Below, piece by piece: positions 55,020 through 64,000 of a DNA stretch of 64,000 nucleotides; the stretch's first letter is position 1, and each line of letters starts with the position of its first letter. A program made the position numbers and the translations under genes. The notes under the pieces were generated by a model. That model ran no database searches, was not told where the DNA came from, and worked only from the letters and a program-made list of their open reading frames with translations. This DNA is from Chrysomallon squamiferum (Eukaryota; Animalia; Mollusca), in contig CM022672.1 in NCBI GenBank assembly GCA_012295275.1, positions 19,158,001 through 19,222,000 on the forward strand. Direction: 5' to 3'.

Positions 55020-56579
55020 GATGATTTTTTCGTAATTATCTGCAATTCATATGTCATACACTAAACACAATATAAATTTTTACATATATACACTTCCAGT
55101 AAAAAATATAACTTTTATTATTTAAGATTTAAGAAATGTAAATTGCTTTGGAAAGCCTTTATTTTTTTTTAGATCAATAGCACTTTCTTAAAAACCAGCA
55201 ATAAAGAAATAAATAAATTTAGGTTTGTAAAATAAATATAAAATTTCTATTTGAAGTCAACGTTTTAATAATTTGTTGGCTAACTTTGTTTTTTGTTTAT
55301 TGTTTATTTATATATTATTATTATTTTGTATTATTTTAATAATAACTGCAATTTATGTACTACTGTAGAAATAACAGTCCACTATTAGAGACAATTAATA
55401 AAAATGAAGCATATTAGGGAACTTTTTGTGTCTAAACATTACAAAAAAAAAAAAAAAAAGAGAGATAATACTATTGATTTCCTCATCATATTAGTAAAGA
55501 ATAAATGTCTAAGATACATCCTAATTTATTAGCTCTAATTTAACTTTTACCTGCTATAAATTTTGTTAAAACTATAAAAATTTACTATTCAACATATGAT
55601 CATGACAATCTTGTAATTTATTTCTACCACTTATTATTGTGCGCAGAAGTTTTACCCAATATTACTGCAATGATTATTTGTCTTTAATGCAGATATAAAA
55701 GGATGTAAATATAAAATTGTATAAACCTACATTTGCTTCTCAAATTCTGCCTGTGCTAAGACAGGCTGTCATGCTATTGTGATAATCACTGCAACTGAAA
55801 GAAGTTAACTGAGGTGTGCCAATCAGTCTCCAGAAAAGCATATATCATTTAACTGTCAGGTATATGACAAAACCATACTTTTTCCTATTACTCTATGTTA
55901 GCACATGTATTCAACAGATGTATCCCACAACCAGAACTTGTGTAGCAGTTCACCTGGGGTTTTTTAAATTTCTAGAATAATATCCTTTTTAAAGCCTTAG
56001 AACACATATTTCTCTATTGCATTAGTACTGATATTTTTTTTTTTTTTTTTTTTTTGTTGTTGTTGTTTTTTTTTTTTTTTTGTGGGGTTTGCACGTTTCT
56101 AAGATGCATAAGTAATTTTAATTTAAGGACTTTTTATTTTTTGTCACTCTTAAATATATTACAATAAAATCAAAAAACATCAGCACTTCCAATTCCATTT
56201 GTATCATTTCTACATTTACCTTTTCTTCACATCTGCACTAGAACAATAAAACAATGTATTATAATATATGGAATAATAATAATATATTATAATATATGGG
56301 ACAGACCTTATTAAATGCAAGACCTCATGATCAATTTAATAACGAAAATTAAATACGATTTTTAAATAATAATAATTAGTAAATTTGGATTTAATTTCAG
56401 GAATCGGTTTACTATTTTTTAATCTAATTTGCTATGGCTAACAAAATTGCAATAAAGAAAACTGAAAAATAATAAAAATTTCCACTAGCTTGTAAATTTG
56501 AAACCACACAATATTAATAATTAAAATATTAAATTAAAATGTTTAAATAAAATACATAATAACAAGTAATCTAAAATAA

Positions 56580-56680
56580 ATACCACGTCTCGCAGAATAA
56601 TGTCGGATATACTAGATGATTTTCTGCACTGCGCATGTGTTACTAATACGCCGATAACTACTCTACTCGATATATAGCTG
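56580..56680 (-). promoter_or_regulatory. Probable first non-coding exon/promoter of paralogue B
   Basis: Local CpG cluster, NRF1-like TGCGCATG, and a candidate donor GTG|GTATTT near 56583, upstream of an 18-nt UTR exon (56220-56237). Confidence 0.4.
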
Positions 56681-57506
56681 TAAATTAAAAAGTAGTTAAG
56701 AACATATATACAAAAATGAAGTTGATAGTACATTTTGTTTCATTGCTTTTAAGCACACAGTATTAATAACAAAATATCTATGATGAATTTTATTTTTATT
56801 TTTTCACTTTTTTCTCTGTCCTTTTTTCACAGTAGATTATTAAGATAATAATTTTGTTAACAACAGCAGCAGCAACAATAATTATAATTATGCCACCAGA
56901 ATTAATTTTGTCAATAAAAACAAATGCTTTAAGACTTCGCCCAGTTGTAAGCGATCACTTTTGTTTTATTCAAATTTCTGTATTTCTCGGCAGTGACCAC
57001 ATTTCGTACATCGTTAATTATTTATAAAGGTTTCTTTTTTGTTCATCTTTTATTTTATTTTTTTCCTTAAAAAAAACAAACAACAAAAAAACAAACAAAA
57101 AAACACACAGACCCCACCCCAAAAGAAAAACAATATAGTGATAATTTAATTTTACATTTAGTATGTATATCACAACCAAATATATAAAAATTTACTTGTG
57201 TGTAGCAAAAAATTTTATATTTTTTCTCGAGTTATTATTAATATTATTGACTTCAGTAGTTGAATTAAACGAAAAACACTTGGTCATTGTTGAGTATTTA
57301 CAGAGATTTACTTAATTAGTCCCTAATCTGACGTGTAATAGCTGGGTGTGCAACAAATAGGAGACTACCACCACATAATAGATTGAGAGATGCCAAATAG
57401 TCTGTTACTACTTTTTGAGGAAAACGAAAGACAAAGTTAGTGTAATAATTATCATTTATTTTTAAATTATTATTATTATTTTATTATTATTGTTGTTTTA
57501 TATATA

Positions 57507-58030
57507 CAGTGGTACCTTGACTTACGAGTTTAATTCATTCCATCGCCGAGCTCGAAACTCAAATTGCTCGTACATCAAATCAGTTTTCCCAAATGAAATT
57601 AACTGAACTACCATTAATCCATTCCAGCCCCAACAAAACCACCCCAATGTTTTAAATAAGAAAAATGTATGTATAAATGACAAATATTGTATAAAAAAAA
57701 AAAATAATAAAAGAGAATATAAAGAAATAAATTGGTTTTATAAAGTGTACTGGGTTAGGGTTTTTCCATCTTTTCATGGACAGAGGTCCACAGCTCTTTG
57801 AAATTATTTTAATGCCTTTGGCTGGAGTTTTAGCCTTTATCAACTCCTTGTGCTTCACTATGGTATATATCATAAAAGTACTATACTCATACTGCCTAGC
57901 CATGTTGACTACAAGCACACCTCTCTCATGTTTTTCAGATTTCATGCTTTAATTCAATAGACATCATCTGCTTCTTCTTCGCAGTACTGTCCTTCACACT
58001 CACTTTCTTCGGATTCATGAAAATTTGTCA
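57507..58030 (-). mobile_element. Truncated Tigger/pogo DNA transposon with frameshifted HTH_psq/CENP-B-type transposase N-terminus
   Basis: TA|CAGTGGTACCTTGACTTACGAG terminal repeat at 57507. The minus strand from ATG 58018 reads MNPKKVSVKDSTAKKKQMMSIELKHEI, then after a frameshift EKHERGVLVVNMARQYEYSTFMIYTIVKHKELIKAKTPAKGIKIISK, typical of TIGD1/Tigger transposases. DDE domain deleted; second TIR not seen. Confidence 0.88.
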
Positions 58031-59684
58031 AAATACTGCACATAATGTGAGCTCAACACAACAGAGATGTTTCCATGGTGAGGTAACCATGTGAAGCAAA
58101 CGAGTGAAACATGGGATGCTGTGCAGATGTTGTATTGTTCATTGCGCCATATATCTATACACACATACATATCTTTTTGTTTTCTATTTTATTTATTTTT
58201 TTGATGCAGTGTTAACTTTATTTCTTTTGCCAATATCCATTAAATAATTGTTTTAATCAGACAAGATTTTTATTTTATTCTCCAAAGGGATACTTAATTG
58301 CAAGACTGATTTCGAGACACTGCTTTAATAAATTGGACACAAATTTAACAGTAAGACTGACGTATATGTTTAAGTTTCTTTTTTTTTTGTTATTTCACAG
58401 GTATATATAAATACATCTTTAACTGAACAAGTTGTTAAAAGTTTACTATGCAGTTATTTTATTAATGTTAATTACTATGCAGGTGCTATAGAATGTGATG
58501 TCAAGCAGACTGCAGGCTTGACATACAACAAGCTGCAGAATCTGTCCTTTTAATTCCTCTTCCACTCAGTGCTCCATGATTGGTGTAAAATGCCCCGAAA
58601 AGACTATCCTATTCCACAAAACAGATCCATATAATCAATGTAGAAATCAAATCACCATGGAAACTTTTTTGACATAGTTAAAAGCATGCTTTTAACCACC
58701 ATTTCACAGGAAAAACACAAAATATTCTTTGCTGTAATTTTAAATCAACATTATATGAAAAACCATGTTTGGAAGCTACTGTAATTATTAATCAAATGTG
58801 TCTAGATGTTTTTAAATAAAAAATTCTGTTCCTTTTATAACAAGACCGGATTTGTGTTATATCTAGGTAATCCAGGCATATTTAATCTTGGCGTAAAATA
58901 ATGTCTCAGAGAGTTCAATCCAACACAACTGATATTCAGCTTCAAATCTGATCTATTTTATCTGAATTAAACAAAAACCCTTGAAACAAAGTAACAAAAA
59001 TAACCCAGCTATTTTCATTTATTTATTTCCATATCAGAAGCCAAAAATTATTTTAAAATACATCAGTACTGTTGTAATTGTATTAATACAGGAAATGTAA
59101 ATGTAAAATCATCCAATATCAAATCAGTATATTAATAAAAAAATGAATAATACTAAAATAAAGAAAAAAACAAACAAACAACATGTGCACTAATGTATAA
59201 TCAGGTTAGAAACATTAATGAATACACTAAAAAAGGAGATACAACTGCAAACACATAGATGTTATTATTATCAAGTGAACACTTATAACCAATAATGTAG
59301 AAACACTAGCAGATAATGGACTAAACAGTTCCATAAAATTCATTATCTTGAACATAAATGACAAACATATATTTGGTCCAGACCTAACTGTTTACATCAA
59401 TTCCATAAACACTTTGTTATTGTTTTCAAAAAATTATTTTCTAGAATGTACAAACTAGGCAAAGGGAGACAACAGCATCAAATTAATGCACCAAAACATG
59501 ATTTGATCAATAAAATGTCTATAAACTAAACACAACATTTTTTTTTTTTTTTTTAGTGTGTTTTTATTTTGTGTTTTTTTGTTTTTGTTTTAAATAAATT
59601 ATTAATTCATTGTAACAACTAATCTAATGACTACCAATCATTACATTTTTTAAAAACATTTTATGTAGAGCATCTAATAGTCCA

Positions 59685-62600
59685 TCAGGTTTTGGACACT
59701 CTTCTTCCTCTGCGTGCTTTTTGCACACGAGCTTTTGAAGGAGAAACTTGTGTCTTGCCTTCCTTTGCCAGTTCTTCTTTTTCACTGCTACCTGCAACAT
59801 CTTCTTCTGGGTCAGATTCCAGTGAATCCAGCACTTTAAAATTCTCCATGTCTTGTTCTTCCACAGGGGCCTGTTTTTCAGATTCCTTTTCACTCTCTGG
59901 TTTTGATGCGTCTGTTGTTTCAACTTTTGCATCAACATCCATCTTCAACTGATCCTGGGATTCTTCAGGCTTGGTTTTATCTTCTTTTTCCTGCTTCTCT
60001 TCAGAATGATCTTCTTTTTCCTGCTTCTCTTCAGAATTATTTTCTTTTTCCTGCTTCTCTTCAGAATTATCTTCTTTTTCCTGCTTCTCTTCAGAATTAT
60101 CTTCTGGTTTTGTGGTCTTTTCGTCCTTTGAAGCTGCTGTTTTGCTTTTCTTTTCTTCCTTGGCCTTCTCTTTGGAACTGACTTCAACTTTGCTTTTTAC
60201 TTCTAATTCAGCTATCAGTTTCAATTCATGTTCCTGAAAAATATGTTCATCACAGATATTAAATTTTTTTTCCCAATGTTGTATTCTGGTTTATACAGAC
60301 AGTTTACAGTGAAACTTTAAATTTTTTCAAAGTTCAGTGTGACAAAGGAAATACACATACAAAAATTAATCATCATAATTCGTTTTTGAAGCATAAAATC
60401 TCAATAAACATATAGAAAATGATTCAAGTGTTATGAATGAACTTTCACTGAGAAATAAAATATTACAAGTTACCCATTCTGTGAATATGACAGTGCCTTC
60501 ACAATTTTCTTTGGCTAAAACTGCTATAGAAAATACTTGTTCCTTGTTGTATAGTTATTTTTAATTATTACAATTATGGTCAAAAAATGTTTTTTGAAAG
60601 AATTTACAAACAGGGTAAAATATGTGCTTTCTCTTAAAATGCATTAGTTATTTTATTTTGTTACCTTCCAAAGATCATAGTGTGATTTTAGTTTGCAATG
60701 ATCCACTTTAGCAGACTGCTCAGACAAATAGAACTTTCGGTCTTTCTGACACAGATGACAAGCATAGCCTTGTGATGGTACAATGAAGTCCAATCCTGTT
60801 TTTACATTTTAAAAAAAGGGAAAAAAAGACACTATAATTATGGATCACTGATCATTTCTTCTTCCTATTTATAATCTTTTAAGGTTATTTTACATTATTC
60901 AAGGCAGAAAATAAAAAATAAAATGGCCCTACAGGTTCATAAATTTTAATTTAAAAATATTCCTTTAAAATCATATTATCATTATTATCATTTTCAGTCA
61001 AAAAAAGAAAAAAAAAAAGAAAAGAATAATGCATTATTTAAAACGAGGAAATTATTTATTCAAAATATTTGTAAACTTCAAAAATAGATAAATTACTTCA
61101 TTTTCAACTACTTAAACGATCTGCAGCAGGGTATCATTTTTTTTTTCCTTCTAGTTTTTAAAAGAAAAAGCCACAATAATTTCAATACAAAATAACTGTA
61201 AAATTATAATTTTTATGCTTACCAAAAGTTTTACCAGAAATATATGCAGGGATGTCTTCCTGAAAAATCAAACAATTTCATTTTACATGAACAGAATTAA
61301 TTTATCACATATCAAATAACTGTATTAAACATTCCACATTTTACTTCAAAATTATTTTAATCATGTACTAATATTCAATTTTTATCTACAAATAATTTGA
61401 CATTTGTCCATATAAATATTTAAAGAATTTCACAAGAAATTTGCGTAGATCAGCAATATATGCTTTGCCTAAAACACCAATACATAAATTTAAAAAAATG
61501 ACCTCTGTTTTGAATTGCTTCAGATGATCATCAATTTTCTTCTTGATTTGAGCTTCTTTATTTTCTTTTACATTCTAAAAAAAAAAGATAAATTTAATAA
61601 GTTGTTTTCTGTTTCAGTAACAGGAAATACATAGCTATGCTATCAAAATTTTCTCTAGTACAGGTTGAGTATCCATTATCCATTATCCAAAATTCCAAAA
61701 TCCAAAATGTTCCATAATCTTAATTTTTTTCCAAACAGCAGAAATACTGGTTATTTTACATTTTAGGAATGTTTTGCATACATAAACTATTTTAAGCCAT
61801 ATTTGTTTTAAAATATACAGAAAATCCTGCAGAACATCTATATAAACTGAGTATATAATCATAGATCCTATTCTAAGGCTAATACCTTGTATTCTAAAAT
61901 CGAAAAAATTCTGAAAATCTGGTCCCAAGCTTTTCAGATAAAAAATTTTCAACCTGTAAAATTATATTAATAAAGTTTAAACCAAAAAATAATTACTTTT
62001 GTATGCTGTGAACTAGCTTGGTGTTTATTTAATTCATTAGCATCTGAAAAGGAGGTGATGTTGCACAAAGTACATCCTTTTTTCACAGCCTTTTCCTGTT
62101 CCTTAAAAGAAACGAATGAAACTTAAATTGATACATTTTGTACACATAAAAAATTTACTAGCAATTCATTAAATCAAGGCTTTAATGGAGTCAGCAAAAG
62201 ATATCAGATCCAATATTCTAGTAATATATATATAGAGTATATCTTTTTTTTTTTTTTTTAGGAACCATGTTAATGATAACTGAAAAAATGCAGTCTAAAT
62301 ACAAAGATTTAGATGAATTAAACTTTAACTATACTTAGTTAGAAACAAATGCCAGAACAAAAGACATAAATTAAAAATATAATACAACACAAATCCAAAC
62401 ATACCTTATGAAATGCTGATTTCTGATGCACAGCCAGTGTTGATTTTACATCAGTACAGCAGATGTTACATTTAACTGGGCTAATAAAACAAATTATTGA
62501 AAACAAATTTTTATTTCAACATGATACAAGAAATGAAAATATGTATTTACCTGTTTCTAACAAATCTGACCATTCTACTACCAAAGTCAAAAAAAAGAAA

Positions 62601-63772
62601 AGAAGTATTAATGAATAAACTGCATACTTTTCCTTTACTAATCAATGGTCAGCTAATAATGGTGTTTTAGAATATGGTTGCAGAAATAGGCCCACTTGCC
62701 ACTGGCATACACAGCTAACCAAAAAATTAATATTTTACTCTATAATTTTAACAGCTCTAAAAATGAAAGTTCAAATAATTGATTAGAAAGAGTTTTACAA
62801 ACCTGCTTTTAGATTCATCACTGGATGTATTCTCCTTCTTAGTATTCTGTAACAGAAATATAATAGTAAATAAAACAAATAATTGAATTTTTTTTTTTTT
62901 GTGTCATGAAGATTATAATCACATGAATTATTATTTTCTTAAATTTAGCCCTTAAATTGTTCAGATAAAAGTCTGTCAGTATTTTTTTAAGAATTAGAAA
63001 CATGCTACAAGCTTGTATGTCATCATCAGTTGGCCACTATGGTTTCCTATATATAGGCACACCTCATTGTCTGCAGTTACATATAGTCTTATACCATCTC
63101 AGCCTTTTCATTAATGCAAAACCTTTCTAAAGTAAACAACATTCATCAAATAAAATGCTAAAAGGTCACGCACAAAAATACGGTAACAATATTTTAAATG
63201 TTTACTTTGTTATCAAAAAAATTACAAAATCAAGCTTACCTTTTTGTGTTCCACACTTGCTCGATGCTTGTCAAGTTCTTTACCATCAGAAAAGGAGGTA
63301 ATCTTGCAATCCTCACAACCCTTTTCTATTGCCTGAACTCGATTCTGAAAACCCAACGTTAGCATTTAGAAATGAACATAATTATGAAAATGTTAGACAA
63401 GATCGATTTCATTTTAAAATTATAATTTTTTTTTATATTAGTTACATTTCTTTTAAATTTCGATATTTTGGCTCATCTGAATATACTGTACTGAAAAAAT
63501 CATGAAGATCAGGTTAGTCACAGAAATATTTTTCTCCCAAAAACTCAGTAACAGCATAATCTACAGTAAATTCTATATTGGTGAAAATTTATAATTGAAA
63601 TAACTTTTATTTTTTTATTTGAATAGGGTGTTTACAGATCAATAAGTGCCACAGTTTCTGTATGAAACAAAAATTCAAAATCAAGAGAATGAATACCTGA
63701 TGCTGTTTCAAACCAGTGTGATACTCCAGAGGCCCTTTCACTTTAAAACAACATGAATTGCAGTAAAACATT
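59685..63772 (-). CDS. Matrin/U1-type multi-zinc-finger protein, Pep/CIZ1-like, paralogue C (5' part outside window)
   Basis: Exons 63697-63772, 63240-63344, 62803-62846, 62551-62577 (optional/uncertain), 62405-62480, 61997-62101, 61503-61574, 61223-61259, 60665-60795, 59685-60233; in phase. Fingers FYCNSCC..H..H, GCEDC..H..H, KCNICC..H..H, GCTLC..H..H and matrin finger GLDFIVPSQGYACHLC..HCKLKSHYDLWK; Glu/Lys-rich tail. Confidence 0.85.
59979..60105. repeat. Coding 30-bp minisatellite x4 (EDNSEEKQEK)
   Basis: cttctttttcctgcttctcttcagaattat repeated four times, nearly identical. Confidence 0.95.
61661..61956. mobile_element. Tigger4/MER46-like (pogo) MITE in an intron of paralogue C
   Basis: TA|CAGGTTGAGTATCC ... 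TTTTCAACCTG|TA: terminal inverted repeats with TA duplication. Sub-terminal ATCTGAAAAGCTTGGGACCAGA on the minus strand. Confidence 0.82.
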
Positions 63773-64000
63773 CTGCAAAATAAAAACAAATACATTTTAT
63801 TTTATTTCTATATTTCCATACTGAAGTAAAAAAAGATTGCATTTTAATAAATGCCTCACCAAATTTATGGATAGTACTCTGTTCAGTTATTTCTCTGGAT
63901 TTTTACTTTCTTTTTTTTGTACATGAGAAAAAAAAAAAAGACCTATCTTTCCATTTTTTGGATGCAAATAATAGTAGTCAACAACAAAAATAAATCGACT

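Noticed and set aside
59624-60187. Several overlapping ORFs including KKKIILKRSR repeats
   Set aside because: Alternative frames of the 30-bp coding repeat. Splice phase selects the E/K-rich frame ending at 59685.
63063-63126. Possible extra exon of paralogue C
   Set aside because: Stops in all three frames, and the flanking exons join in phase without it.
63860-63894. Possible upstream exon of paralogue C (donor TTG|GTGAGG)
   Set aside because: The phase required by the next exon gives an in-frame TGA; cannot be resolved at the window edge.
1-64000. tRNA, rRNA, snoRNA genes and U12-type introns
   Set aside because: None recognised by eye. All traced donors are U2-type; a covariance-model scan would be needed to exclude small RNAs.

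Overview
Very AT-rich, intron-dense animal genomic DNA; repeat and promoter motifs suggest a mollusc, possibly a gastropod (inference only). Five protein-coding genes lie head-to-tail on the minus strand, and I traced their exons by hand from splice sites and reading-frame phase. (1) Casein kinase I alpha (CSNK1A1): 8 coding exons, 13512->1212, 319 aa. (2) SEC23IP/DDHD2-family phospholipase A1: 20 coding exons, 35035->16403, 1058 aa, with GHSLG, SAM and DDHD motifs. (3-5) A tandem array of three diverged Pep/CIZ1/matrin-type zinc-finger paralogues (41373->37134, 55019->47324, and a 5'-truncated gene >=63772->59685). There are also Tigger/pogo-type and hAT-like DNA-transposon relics, a decayed SINE and microsatellites. 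The most notable signals concern splicing. One SEC23IP intron holds three frame-preserving candidate microexons (6, 18, 12 nt). An obligatory 12-nt exon lies inside the DDHD domain. A GC-AG donor competes with a GT donor that would delete the CxxC half of a zinc finger. A two-exon zinc-finger cassette occurs 0, 1 and >=2 times across the three paralogues. Most short ORFs in the supplied track are noise or out-of-frame shadows of exons. No transcript evidence was available, so alternative exons are predictions.
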